IMG/VR virus record: IMGVR_UViG_3300027834_000001
Strand: one strand, 5' to 3'
DNA from: an uncultured virus (IMG/VR IMGVR_UViG_3300027834_000001)
Taxonomy: Duplodnaviria > Heunggongvirae > Uroviricota > Caudoviricetes
Length of the DNA: 64,000 bases
Shown here piece by piece: positions 1-9,589 of the stretch. The notes beneath the pieces are model-generated. The model worked only from the letters and a program-made list of their open reading frames with translations. It made no database searches and was not told the DNA's origin. The first letter of the stretch is position 1. Every line of letters starts with the position of its first letter. The position numbers and the translations under genes are program-made.

Positions 1-2
1 AC

Positions 3-1376
3 GGACATATCACTGATGGCTTCGGTGGGAACGATGCAAACGCTATCGGTGTGCTTGCTTATGACGCTTATCTGAAAAGAGCGCGTTATCACAACTTTGT
101 GCGCGAAGCTGTGCAAATGGCAGTTGGTATGATGCACAATCAGCCTCCGAAAATAGAATTGCCGGACGCGATGAAGGATATTCGCTCATCCAAAGGCGAA
201 AAGCTTGAAGATCTGCTGCGTCGGATCAATGCGGAGCAACTTTTGGTCGGTCGGACCGGAATTATGGCCGATTTACCAATGGAGGCCGGAGATGGGCCTG
301 ATTTGCCGATTTTGGCACTGTATGGAGCCGAACGTATCATCAATTGGGACGTAGGCAATACCGATTTGACCCAAGACGCACTGAATATGGTGATTTTGGA
401 CGAAACGACCCATATTCGCAAAGACGGCTTCATGTGGGACCTCACAACGCAGCATCGCGTCCTGATTATCGGAGAAGTCGAGGAAAACGACCCACAAGGC
501 ACCTATCAGCAAGGTTTGTTTAAAGATACGGCGTTTGTGAAGACTGGTATGATCAGACCGTCCTATAAGGGCCGTCAACTCAACGAAATTCCGTTTGTGA
601 TCGTAAATTCGATTGATGTCACCGCAGAACCCGATGATCCGGTCCTTTTGGATCTTTCGAACCTTTGTTTGACGCTATATCGCGCAGATGCCGATTATCG
701 TCAGAATTTGTTCATGCAGGGCCAAGATACCTTTGTTACGATCGGCGGAGCGTTCGAGGAGAACGATAAAGTCAGAACTGGTGCTGGTGCCAGAATTGAC
801 TTGCCTCTCGGCGCAGATGCGAAATATGTCGGTGTTCAGAGCACTGGTCTCCAAGAACAGCGTGAAGCTATCAACAACCTTGAGAGCCGCGCTGGTACGA
901 TGGGCGCACAGACGCTGGACAGTACAAGCCGCGAGCGTGAGTCTGGTGACAGTATGCGTATCCGTGTGGCGAGCCGCACCGCAGATCTTAACCAAATCGC
1001 TGATGCTGGCGCTATGGCGCTGGAAGATATCCTCAGAACGTGCGCTCGGTGGATGGGTGAGAACCCAGACGAAGTAAAAGTCACACCGAACAAAGAATTC
1101 GGCGAGATGCCTCTCACTGGCCAGACTATGGTTGAGATGGCAACTGCTCGCACCTTGGGCTTCCCAATCTCCGCCAAATCGCTCCATGATCTCGCTCGCA
1201 AGCGTAAGGTCACTGCACTCACATTCGAAGAGGAGCAGGAAGCGGCCAAGCTGGAGGATGCGGAGGATCATCCGTTCAAGACCCCAGAAAAACCAGATAT
1301 GGCTGGCGCAGACCAGAACAAAGATGGTGATGACACGGACGATGACAAGTCAGCTTTGAAAAAGGCTAAAGAGTAA
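3..1376 (+). CDS. Portal protein (DUF4055-like), 5'-truncated by window edge
   Basis: Frame is open from position 3. YDAYLKRA..YNFV, IPFVIVNS and LYRADADY motifs are typical of DUF4055 portals. It follows terL in circular order. Confidence 0.85.
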   Translation, partial: GHITDGFGGNDANAIGVLAYDAYLKRARYHNFVREAVQMAVGMMHNQPPKIELPDAMKDIRSSKGEKLEDLLRRINAEQLLVGRTGIMADLPMEAGDGPDLPILALYGAERIINWDVGNTDLTQDALNMVILDETTHIRKDGFMWDLTTQHRVLIIGEVEENDPQGTYQQGLFKDTAFVKTGMIRPSYKGRQLNEIPFVIVNSIDVTAEPDDPVLLDLSNLCLTLYRADADYRQNLFMQGQDTFVTIGGAFEENDKVRTGAGARIDLPLGADAKYVGVQSTGLQEQREAINNLESRAGTMGAQTLDSTSRERESGDSMRIRVASRTADLNQIADAGAMALEDILRTCARWMGENPDEVKVTPNKEFGEMPLTGQTMVEMATARTLGFPISAKSLHDLARKRKVTALTFEEEQEAAKLEDAEDHPFKTPEKPDMAGADQNKDGDDTDDDKSALKKAKE

Positions 1377-2311
1377 TGCAGGGTCAACGTCGCAGAGCGA
1401 ACAATATAACACAAATCCATCGGAGTGATGTAACTCCGATCGCTGATCCTATCGTGATTAACGGTTTGGTCATGGAATATCCGAACGGTTTTGTGGGAGT
1501 GCAATTCTTCAGTGATGCTGCTGGAACTGTGTCTGCTGTGCCGACTGCTGGTTCACTGACTGCTCAAATCAAGACTATCAACACAGGCTTGTTCGAAGAT
1601 TTCAACGGTAACGTGATTGATGCCTCGCACCCAAGGACACTAAACTGGACAGCTAATGCAACAGATTTCCAAATCACTCCTACAGGGATTGATGTCGCTA
1701 CTCATTATAAGGTAATCGTGACCATCAATGAGAATGCACCAGTGAAATCAGACGACGACCAGCTTGCTTTACTGCAAAGCTGGAATGAGTCTGAGGCTAA
1801 TGCGGTGACAATCATTACTTCTCTGCATCGTAAGATTCACAATGGATTAGTCTTCGACAGTTCAGGTTTCGTATCTGCCATCGCGGATGGAGCAAACTTC
1901 GATATTCTATTCAGAGTTCCCGCTGGTGAGACCGGTCATCTCTTTGGGCTTGAGTATACACTTCAAGATGGTGGAGGCAGGTTCTATTTCTATGAAGGCA
2001 CCACTACCTCAGATGATGGAACCGCTGTCAATATACGAAATCACAATAGACTTATCGGCATTGATGCCCAGACAGTCATCGTTACTAGAGATCCAGTGGT
2101 CACAGATGTCGGAACAGAACTTCACACACGTTACATTCCACAGGATACTAGCGGAGGAGGGTCTCAGAAATCCACTGGAATATCAATCTTCAATCGAGAC
2201 GAAGAATGGGTAATGGGTCATCCGACCATAGAGACGACCTATATGTGGAGATACACAAACAACAGTGGAGGCTCAGTAGATATGAGTTTTCACTTCAATG
2301 GTTATCAATAA
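1376..2311 (+). CDS. Hypothetical virion-associated protein, beta-rich
   Basis: 311-aa ORF coupled to the portal (TAATG overlap), in the head module. Confidence 0.6.
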   Translation: MQGQRRRANNITQIHRSDVTPIADPIVINGLVMEYPNGFVGVQFFSDAAGTVSAVPTAGSLTAQIKTINTGLFEDFNGNVIDASHPRTLNWTANATDFQITPTGIDVATHYKVIVTINENAPVKSDDDQLALLQSWNESEANAVTIITSLHRKIHNGLVFDSSGFVSAIADGANFDILFRVPAGETGHLFGLEYTLQDGGGRFYFYEGTTTSDDGTAVNIRNHNRLIGIDAQTVIVTRDPVVTDVGTELHTRYIPQDTSGGGSQKSTGISIFNRDEEWVMGHPTIETTYMWRYTNNSGGSVDMSFHFNGYQ

Positions 2312-2321
2312 GGAGAACATT

Positions 2322-2435
2322 ATGCAAATCTGGACAGGCTTCAAGGACTGGCTCTATTCTGCTTGGGTCGCTCACCCTATCTACACAATCATGCTAGGCG
2401 GCGGATGCTTTCTGCTCGGTGCCTTCATTCTCTGA
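2322..2435 (+). CDS. Small membrane protein (37 aa)
   Basis: AAGGAG RBS. Translates to MQIWTGFKDWLYSAWVAHPIYTIMLGGGCFLLGAFIL, with a hydrophobic C-terminus. Below the ORF-track cutoff. Confidence 0.6.
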   Translation: MQIWTGFKDWLYSAWVAHPIYTIMLGGGCFLLGAFIL

Positions 2436-2488
2436 GGAATGATCCTCAATAACCGTGGTCATGGACCGCAAATACAAGGAGACCGGTT

Positions 2489-3319
2489 ATGGAACCGATC
2501 GAACTAATCTACGATAGCATGGAAGCCGTTCCGGCTGCTGTGAAAGGCCTCTACACTGAGAAGGATGGCAAGGCCGTTCTTACTGGTGTCGTAGGCATGA
2601 AGACCCAAGCGGACATCGACCGCATCCAGGAAGGTCTACGCAAAGAGCGTGAAGACCATGCCAAGACCAAAGCTGATCTCAAGCCATTCAAAGGCATGAA
2701 CGCTGCAGAGGTCCAGGAAAAACTCGACCGGATTGACGAACTGGAAGCAACGAACGGCGGTAAGCTGGATGAAGAGGCTATCAACAAGATTGTTGAAGGT
2801 CGTCTCAAGCAACAGACCGCTCCGCTCCAGCGCAAGATCGATGAACTGACTGATACCAATGCCACGCTGACCGCTGATAACGACAAGCTGACCGGGACTA
2901 TCTCGACTGGCTCGCGTAACGAAGCAGTCCGCAAAATCGCAGCCGAAATGAAGGTTCACGGCACTGCAATCGCAGACGTTGAACTGGTGGCAGCTAACTA
3001 CCTCGAGAAAGACGAAACCACTGGTAAGTGGATTGTCAAGGCTGATGCCGAAGGGGTGACTCCTGGATCTGACATCGGACAGTTCATGAAAGAGATGCAG
3101 AAACTGCGTCCTCACTGGTGGCCGAAATCTACTGGTGGCGGCGCTGGTGGTGGTCTCGACGGTGTCAATGGTGGCAAGAACCCCTTCTCGGGTGATAGCT
3201 GGAACTTGACCGAGCAAGGTGCGCTCATTCGCTCTGACCGCGAACTAGCCACTCAGCTCGCTACTGCGGCTGGGACAAGCATCGGTGGCGAACGCCCCGC
3301 TGCAACTCAGCAGAAATAA
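2489..3319 (+). CDS. Capsid scaffolding protein
   Basis: Coiled-coil protein ending in a GGGAGG linker and NPF...WNLTEQ. Lies immediately upstream of the major capsid gene. Confidence 0.8.
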   Translation: MEPIELIYDSMEAVPAAVKGLYTEKDGKAVLTGVVGMKTQADIDRIQEGLRKEREDHAKTKADLKPFKGMNAAEVQEKLDRIDELEATNGGKLDEEAINKIVEGRLKQQTAPLQRKIDELTDTNATLTADNDKLTGTISTGSRNEAVRKIAAEMKVHGTAIADVELVAANYLEKDETTGKWIVKADAEGVTPGSDIGQFMKEMQKLRPHWWPKSTGGGAGGGLDGVNGGKNPFSGDSWNLTEQGALIRSDRELATQLATAAGTSIGGERPAATQQK

Positions 3320-3456
3320 CCTGTTGCAATCTTCTGCAACTTGATGTAAACAACTTGTCATGCGCTTCCATGGGACGCGCCTGACATTCCGAACCTCGGC
3401 TGGTCATGGGACTAGCAATCTTCTAGCCATGAACATCTTAGGAAAGGACAAACTCC

Positions 3457-4500
3457 ATGGCCTCTGGACACACTTCAATCGCGGACATCGTCGTCCCCGA
3501 AATCTTCACTCCTTACGCTTTGAAGGAAACTGAAGAAAAATCTCGCCTTATCCGTTCTGGTGCCGTGGTCGCTGATGGCGAAATGGCTGACATGCTGAAT
3601 GGCGGCGGTCTTACCTTCAATATGCCGACCTATGACGACCTGGACAACGACGTTGAACGCGTCGCTGATGAAAGTGTTCGCAATACCTTCACTGGCGGTG
3701 TGGTCGATCCCACTCCAAACAAAATCGGCACCTTCACAGAAGTCTCCGTTCGTCTGGAACGCAACAACTCTTGGACTGCAACCAAGCTGGCGAAGCTGAT
3801 GTCGGGCGATGACCCTGCCGCAGCCATCCAGTCGCGCGTTGCGGACTATTGGGTGCGTCGTCAGCAAGCCTGCTTCGTCAGTGTCGTGAACGGCATCTTC
3901 GCCGATAACGCTGCTGCTCCTGCTGGCACTGAGCACGTTCAGAACGACATGACCAATGACATCTCTGGCGTCGGTTACACTGCTGGCGTGACTGACTTCT
4001 CGGCCGAAGCCTTCGTCGACACTACGTTGACAATGGGCGACAGCATGGAAGATCTGTCCATGATCATGGTCCACTCGGTCGTCTACGCTCGTATGCTGAA
4101 GAACAACCTGATCGACTTCATCCCAGACAGTGTGAACGGCAACGCGATCACTGTCCCGACCTTCCTTGGTCGTGAAGTCATCGTTGACGACGGTCTGCCC
4201 GTCTCCGGCTCGATCTACGAAAGCTGGGTCTTCGGTGCAGGTGCTATCGTGTTCGCACAGGGCTCGCCTGACAAACCTACCGAGGTTGACAATCAGCCTG
4301 GAGCGGGTAACGGCGCTGGTCAGGAAATCCTCTACAACCGTGTCCGCTGGGGCTTCCACCCTAAAGGTCACGCGTATGATGGAGCAACTCCTGCTGGTGG
4401 TCCGAGCAACGCAGTCTTGGCCGCAGCGGCTTCGTGGAAGCGCGTCTTCCCTGAACGGAAGCAAATCAAGATTGCTCGCTTGATTTCTCGCGAAGCATAA
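3457..4500 (+). CDS. Major capsid protein
   Basis: 347 aa with TSIADIVVPEIFTPY N-terminus, PTFLGREVIVDD and W.RV...KQI.IA C-terminus. Strong RBS and a downstream terminator. Confidence 0.92.
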   Translation: MASGHTSIADIVVPEIFTPYALKETEEKSRLIRSGAVVADGEMADMLNGGGLTFNMPTYDDLDNDVERVADESVRNTFTGGVVDPTPNKIGTFTEVSVRLERNNSWTATKLAKLMSGDDPAAAIQSRVADYWVRRQQACFVSVVNGIFADNAAAPAGTEHVQNDMTNDISGVGYTAGVTDFSAEAFVDTTLTMGDSMEDLSMIMVHSVVYARMLKNNLIDFIPDSVNGNAITVPTFLGREVIVDDGLPVSGSIYESWVFGAGAIVFAQGSPDKPTEVDNQPGAGNGAGQEILYNRVRWGFHPKGHAYDGATPAGGPSNAVLAAAASWKRVFPERKQIKIARLISREA

Positions 4501-4508
4501 TCCTAGCG

Positions 4509-4534
4509 GGGAGCGGCTTCGGTCGCTCCCTTTT
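4509..4534 (+). terminator. Rho-independent terminator
   Basis: GGGAGCGGC-TTCG-GTCGCTCCC hairpin followed by TTTT. Confidence 0.85.
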
Positions 4535-4557
4535 CACTCTTGGGCTAGGAGGTAATC

Positions 4558-4755
4558 ATGGCTCGCCAAGGTACACCACGTCTACGGCATCTTTCACACC
4601 GCGCACTTGCACGGGTCAAGCGACAGCCGTTGATTTCCGATTTCATTACGGAACGCGCAGGCACTCTCACTCAGTACGCTGATGAGGATGCAGTGTGGGC
4701 CGCTCTTCACACGACTAAAGCTGTGACTGTTGCAGCCGAAGTCGATATCCCATAA
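4558..4755 (+). CDS. Hypothetical protein
   Basis: 65 aa with AGGAGG RBS. Confidence 0.7.
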   Translation: MARQGTPRLRHLSHRALARVKRQPLISDFITERAGTLTQYADEDAVWAALHTTKAVTVAAEVDIP

Positions 4756-4765
4756 GGAATATATC

Positions 4766-5320
4766 ATGGATGATCTGAAAGACAAAATCATTGAAGCGCT
4801 CGGCTTGATGGATGCAATGGATGACGAGCAGTGGACTGCTGATGGTGCGCCCAAAGTGGACGCCGTTGCTGCACTCGGTGATCTGGAGAACCTCAAGCGT
4901 CAGGACATCATTGATGCGGCTCCGAAGTTCTCCCGTGAAAATCCTGACGTCACCGTCGAGGACGAAGGCGGCGAGGACGAAGCTGAGGTCGAAGAGAACA
5001 CGCAGGGTTACAAACATCCTGAAATCGTTGAAGCCCAAGAGGCCTACGACGAGATCGTGAGGGCCAAGGCCGAAGTTGAAGCTGAGTTCGTGAAACGCGG
5101 CGACAAACTGACCGAGGTCACCAATCGTCTGGTGTTTGAGCGTCAAGACAAGCAGGCTAACCAACGCGGCATCATGGACGTCATCAAGAAGTCCAACGAG
5201 GCTCGTGCTGCTCGCGCAGAAGCTTTCCAGCGGAACCGCGCCTTGCTGATGGACCAACCGCCTCTGTCCCCACTGGACGAAGCCAAGAAGGGCGAAAAGA
5301 AAATTCGCCCTAAAATGTAA
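4766..5320 (+). CDS. Hypothetical head-module protein
   Basis: AAGGA RBS before MDDLKD. Carries the WTADGAPKV motif seen in capsid-adjacent phage proteins. Confidence 0.7.
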   Translation: MDDLKDKIIEALGLMDAMDDEQWTADGAPKVDAVAALGDLENLKRQDIIDAAPKFSRENPDVTVEDEGGEDEAEVEENTQGYKHPEIVEAQEAYDEIVRAKAEVEAEFVKRGDKLTEVTNRLVFERQDKQANQRGIMDVIKKSNEARAARAEAFQRNRALLMDQPPLSPLDEAKKGEKKIRPKM

Positions 5321-5329
5321 GGAAAGAAA

Positions 5330-5419
5330 ATGTTAAAGCGCAGAAAGAAGTCTCGTAAACTGGCGGCTGCGCTTTACTACGCTCGTAAGAAGCGACTGGC
5401 GCGGATTGCAGCCTCTTAA
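5330..5419 (+). CDS. Very basic 29-aa peptide
   Basis: MLKRRKKSRKLAAALYYARKKRLARIAAS fills the gap between two genes, with AAGGA upstream. Confidence 0.5.
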   Translation: MLKRRKKSRKLAAALYYARKKRLARIAAS

Positions 5420-5430
5420 GGAAAACCATT

Positions 5431-5955
5431 ATGGCCATCATCGTAGAAGACGCAACAGGCCTCGCCACCTCAGAGTCTTACCTTTCCTATGTAGACTATG
5501 TTGCTTATTGGGCTGACCGTGGCGTTACAACAACGGCTGACGCTGGCACACCTGACGAAGCCACCACAGAGCCTCTCCTGCGTCTTACCACAGAATACAT
5601 CGATATCCGCTGGGGCAAGCTGGCTCCTGGACTTCCAATCTCTGATGATCAAGCCTTGTGCTTCCCGACTGACTATTTCATCGTCGATCCAGTGGCGCTG
5701 CCAATTCAATTGCAGCGAGCCACAGCCGAATATCTCCGGTACAGCCTGACCAACGATCTGTTCCTCAACAACGACAGGTCAAATGGTCCAGGCATCAAGC
5801 TACTGCGGGAGAAAGTTGGACCGATTGAAACTGAGACTGAATACTCTGGTTCCGGCCTTGGCTCTACTGGTGCGAAGCATCCTATCGTAACCAAGGCTGA
5901 CGCACTGATGCGCCAGATCACACAAGGTTCAGGTCAGGGAGGCGTTTATCGCTAA
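5431..5955 (+). CDS. Head-tail adaptor (DnaT-like-domain family)
   Basis: IIVEDATG..ESY, QALCFP and REKVGPIETETEY motifs. Confidence 0.8.
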   Translation: MAIIVEDATGLATSESYLSYVDYVAYWADRGVTTTADAGTPDEATTEPLLRLTTEYIDIRWGKLAPGLPISDDQALCFPTDYFIVDPVALPIQLQRATAEYLRYSLTNDLFLNNDRSNGPGIKLLREKVGPIETETEYSGSGLGSTGAKHPIVTKADALMRQITQGSGQGGVYR

Positions 5956-6347
5956 TGGTCGACTACGTCAAACTCGCAGCAACAGCAGATCGTCTTGTCA
6001 CTGCCAACGGGCGGTCGATTACTTTTGTTCGCAAGTCAGAAGTGGCGGCGGATCTGGACAAGCCGTGGGGAGCCCAAGCGGGAGCGGATACAGAGTTCAC
6101 TACGAATTCGGTCTTCGTACCTCCGAACACGGTCCGTCAGTTCGGTCTTACTGCTCTTGGGCAAGGTACGGAATTCCAAGACCTGATAGCCTTCTCAGAT
6201 TACATTGGTATCTTCTTTCCTGGAACAGAGGATATCCGACAGTACACTCACGTCATTGATGGAGCCGAGACGTTTGGCATCATCGGTCTGCAAATCCTGA
6301 AACCTGCAGACGTTCAGCTACTTGGTTTTGTGGGGATACGCCGATGA
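5955..6347 (+). CDS. Head closure/stopper protein
   Basis: Position and size, DY.KLAATA.RL...NGR N-terminus. Confidence 0.7.
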   Translation: MVDYVKLAATADRLVTANGRSITFVRKSEVAADLDKPWGAQAGADTEFTTNSVFVPPNTVRQFGLTALGQGTEFQDLIAFSDYIGIFFPGTEDIRQYTHVIDGAETFGIIGLQILKPADVQLLGFVGIRR

Positions 6348-6760
6348 GCCTGACCTTCGCACAAGCAGTTGACGACATCAACAAAATGATGAAAGACGCA
6401 TGGGACACAACAGGCTACGATCTGCATTGGGACAACGTGCGTGATCAACGTGATACCTCGGATGATCCTTGGGGCGTGTTCGTTATCAGACATGCAACAG
6501 GGGAACAAGATAACCTCGGTGGAATTGGAAATCGCAACTTCGTGCGAACCGGAACAGCCATCGCATCTATATTCACTCCAACCGGAAATGGCTTGTCAGA
6601 GTCTTACGCATTGGCTAAAGTGGTGGCCGACGCATATGAGGGTCAGACATCGGAAAATGGTGTATGGTTCAGAAATGTCCGTATGCAAGAAATCGGTCGA
6701 GAGAGCCAATTCTATCAAACCAACGTGCTCATTGACTTCGAGTACAATGAAACAAAGTAA
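6344..6760 (+). CDS. Tail terminator protein
   Basis: Directly before the tail tube. G....IFTP.GNG and YQTNV..FEY motifs. Confidence 0.75.
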   Translation: MSLTFAQAVDDINKMMKDAWDTTGYDLHWDNVRDQRDTSDDPWGVFVIRHATGEQDNLGGIGNRNFVRTGTAIASIFTPTGNGLSESYALAKVVADAYEGQTSENGVWFRNVRMQEIGRESQFYQTNVLIDFEYNETK

Positions 6761-6771
6761 GGAGGCCTTAA

Positions 6772-8304
6772 ATGGCACAGGTCAATAAGATCGACTCCAA
6801 TATCACAGGCCTCGCGTTTGCTGAGGAAGCTGTGCTTGGTAGTCTTCCAGGAGAGGATGGTCAGGCCGGAACGCCTGTCTGGCAGTCGCTTGCTCCGAAC
6901 AGCTACAACGACTTCGGCGGTGAAATCGTTACTGTGGCTCCGAACCCGATTAACCCCTCTCGTCAGCGCCGTAAAGGTGTGACAACTGATCTCAATGCTT
7001 CCGGTGGTATCAACCAGAACTTCACGTTCTCGAACTTGACCAGCCTGATGCAAGGTATCATGTTCGCCGACACCCGTGAAAAGGGTTATGAAGAACCGAC
7101 TGGTGTCACTGGCGCTGTTTTTGAAGTGGCCTCGACAACTGGCTTCCTCGTCGGCTCGCTGATCAAGGGTCAGGACTTCTCCAACGCTGGCAACAACGCT
7201 CTGCAAGTCGTGACTGCCATTGTGGCTGATACCTCTGTCGCATGTGCAGCAACGGTCGTTGAAGCTTCTCCTCCTACCCGTGCGAACATTCGCGTCGTTG
7301 GTGTTGAAGGTGCAACCACGGACATTGATGTTGACAACACTGGCACTCTGCCTGCTCTGACGTCGACCGCTCTGGACTTCACTACCCTTGGGCTGGTCGA
7401 AGGTCAATGGGTATTTGTCGGTGGTGATGCTGCACTCAACAAGTTCGTCACTGCTGCGAACAACGGTTTCAAGCGGGTTCGCTCGATTGCTGCTCAGCGC
7501 CTTGAGTTCGATAAGTCGGACGCGGCAATGGTCACTGAAACTGGCACCGCATTGGAAATCCGCTTGTTCTTCGGCGACGTGGTTCGCAACGAAACAGGCG
7601 CACTCATCAAGCGTCGCTCGTACAATGTCGAACGTCTCTTGGGTGCTCCCGACGATGCTTCTCCTGGAGACATTCAGACAGAAGTTCTGATCGGTGCGGT
7701 TCCGAACGAATTTACCCTGAACGTTCCATCGGCTGACCTGCTCAACGCAGACATCAGCTTTGTGGCCACAGACAACGCTCAGCGTGACGGACCAACTGGA
7801 CCCAAGCAGACCAGCGTCATCGCACCGTTCACTGCGAAGGAATACAATACTTCCAGCGACGTGAACCGCATTCGCTTGTCGGTTGTCAGTCAGACTGATC
7901 CGGCTCCAACTGCACTGTTCGCTTTCGTCACCGAGGCAACTATCAGTCTCAACAACAACGTGACGCCAAACAAAGCGGTCGGTGTCCTCGGCGCGTTCGA
8001 TGTGACTGCTGGTACATTCACTGTCTCCGGCAATCTCACAGCCTATTTCTCTAATGTGGCGGCGGTTCTTGCGGTTCGCAACAACTCCGACGTCACGCTG
8101 GATATGGGCTTCGTTCGTGACAACCAAGGCGTCATCTTTGACTTCCCACTCATCTCACTCGGTGACGGTCGTCTTAGCGTTGAGGTTGACCAACCGATAA
8201 CTCTTCCACTCGCGACTGACATGGCTTCCGGTGAGGACGTTGACGCGGCTCTCGACCACACCATGTTGCTCACTTACTTCAATTACCTGCCGAACGCAGC
8301 GTAA
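6772..8304 (+). CDS. Major tail tube protein
   Basis: 510 aa. IDSNITGLAFAEE, PNSYNDFGGEI and SRQRRKG motifs of YuA-like tail tubes. Confidence 0.88.
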   Translation: MAQVNKIDSNITGLAFAEEAVLGSLPGEDGQAGTPVWQSLAPNSYNDFGGEIVTVAPNPINPSRQRRKGVTTDLNASGGINQNFTFSNLTSLMQGIMFADTREKGYEEPTGVTGAVFEVASTTGFLVGSLIKGQDFSNAGNNALQVVTAIVADTSVACAATVVEASPPTRANIRVVGVEGATTDIDVDNTGTLPALTSTALDFTTLGLVEGQWVFVGGDAALNKFVTAANNGFKRVRSIAAQRLEFDKSDAAMVTETGTALEIRLFFGDVVRNETGALIKRRSYNVERLLGAPDDASPGDIQTEVLIGAVPNEFTLNVPSADLLNADISFVATDNAQRDGPTGPKQTSVIAPFTAKEYNTSSDVNRIRLSVVSQTDPAPTALFAFVTEATISLNNNVTPNKAVGVLGAFDVTAGTFTVSGNLTAYFSNVAAVLAVRNNSDVTLDMGFVRDNQGVIFDFPLISLGDGRLSVEVDQPITLPLATDMASGEDVDAALDHTMLLTYFNYLPNAA

Positions 8305-8320
8305 TCATAACCTCCCCTGA

Positions 8321-8353
8321 GGGCGTCCCTGTAATGGGGGGCGTCCTTATTAT
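8321..8353 (+). terminator. Probable terminator hairpin
   Basis: GGGCGTCCC...GGGGCGTCC stem followed by TTATTAT after the tail tube gene. Confidence 0.55.
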
Positions 8354-8374
8354 AACCCAAGAAGGAAATATATC

Positions 8375-8827
8375 ATGGGCATGTACGACACATTCGAAAC
8401 AGATCAAGCACTGGAAGCTAATGGCGTCTGGCTTGATTACGGAGACTTCCGCGTTCTGCTGGCCTCTGCTGGTCAGGGTAACAAGAACTATGTTCGCTAT
8501 GCCGAAAAGAAACTCAAGCCTGTTCGCCGCGCTCTGGAGTCTGGTGCTCTGAGTAACGAACGTTCGCAAGCGTTGATGGCCGATATCTACGCCAAGACCA
8601 TTATCCTGTCGTGGGAAACCATGCAGGGCGAAGGCGATAAGAAAGCCATGAAGGTCGGCATTGAAAGTCGCGACGGAAAGATCCTCCCGTTCAATGAAGC
8701 CAACGTCGAAGAAGCCTTGCTGGCTCTGCCTCGTTTGTTCATGGACTTACAGGAACAAGCCGCCTCGCTGGCTAACTTCCGCAAGGAGGAAATGGACACG
8801 GAGGGAAAAAACTCGTCGAGTTCCTGA
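8375..8827 (+). CDS. Tail assembly chaperone (short form)
   Basis: YDTFETD..LE..GVW.DYG. Ends with slippery GGGAAAAAAC just before the stop. Confidence 0.85.
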   Translation: MGMYDTFETDQALEANGVWLDYGDFRVLLASAGQGNKNYVRYAEKKLKPVRRALESGALSNERSQALMADIYAKTIILSWETMQGEGDKKAMKVGIESRDGKILPFNEANVEEALLALPRLFMDLQEQAASLANFRKEEMDTEGKNSSSS

Positions 8828-9132
8828 CCTATCAGTTAGTTCAGGGACCCTCAGAACAGCAGATCATTGAGCAGTGTATTAGGACTGGCTGGGATCTGCC
8901 TGAAAAGATAGCCAGTGCCCCTAGTCTTCTTCCGGGCCTTGAACTATACTACATCGGGTTCATGGACCTTATCGCCTCAAGACAAATGGGGATGGCAGCG
9001 GGTCCGATATGGTGGGGAACAATTCAAGACTACTGCGAGAAGCATGGCTACGACGAGGACCAGACAGAGGCTATGCACTCACACATAAGGGAAATGGATT
9101 TGGCATACCTTAAACAAATCGGGAAGAAGTGA
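8803..9132 (+). CDS. Tail assembly chaperone C-terminal extension via -1 frameshift
   Basis: The -1 frame is open from the slippery site (8803-8812) to TGA at 9130-9132: LVEFLTYQ...APSLLPGLELYYIGFMDL...GPIWW...MDLAYL. Confidence 0.8.
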   Translation, partial: GKKLVEFLTYQLVQGPSEQQIIEQCIRTGWDLPEKIASAPSLLPGLELYYIGFMDLIASRQMGMAAGPIWWGTIQDYCEKHGYDEDQTEAMHSHIREMDLAYLKQIGKK

Positions 9133-9136
9133 GTGA

Positions 9137-9589
9137 ATGGCTACTCTGGCACAATTCTCTAGAAACATCAGAAGGACTGGTTCCGACATTGAAAATGGCG
9201 GGACTCGTCTTGTCAAGGCAACCTCTGTGCGTGCCTTGAAGAGTCTTGTCCGGAATACACCTGCTGACAAAGGTGTCGCTCGCTCTAACTGGCGTGTCGG
9301 CATTGGCGCTCCTACCCGATCGGTCATCGGTGCCTACGCTCCAGGATCCAAACTTGGCATCAACGAAAGCGCAAACGCATCCGCAGCAATCGCAGCGGGT
9401 CGCGCTCGGATAAACTCTGTACGGGGGACCTCTGGCGGTCTCACGACGGCAATCTATATCACCAATGCCGCTCCATACATCGGGCGGCTCAACTCAGGAT
9501 ATTCTGGTCAGGCTCCAGCAGGGTTCATTGAAATAGCCCTATTGGAAGCCAAAGCGGAAATCCTAGGATTTAGGTTGTTTCAGCGATGA
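9137..9589 (+). CDS. HK97 gp10-like tail completion/neck protein
   Basis: TPADKGVARSNW, IYITNAAPYIGRLN.G.S.QAPAGF. Confidence 0.8.
   Translation: MATLAQFSRNIRRTGSDIENGGTRLVKATSVRALKSLVRNTPADKGVARSNWRVGIGAPTRSVIGAYAPGSKLGINESANASAAIAAGRARINSVRGTSGGLTTAIYITNAAPYIGRLNSGYSGQAPAGFIEIALLEAKAEILGFRLFQR

Noticed and set aside
3475..8127. Long antisense ORFs (3475-4464, 6715-8127 and similar elsewhere)
   Set aside because: Shadow frames of strongly codon-biased structural genes, with no recognisable motifs.
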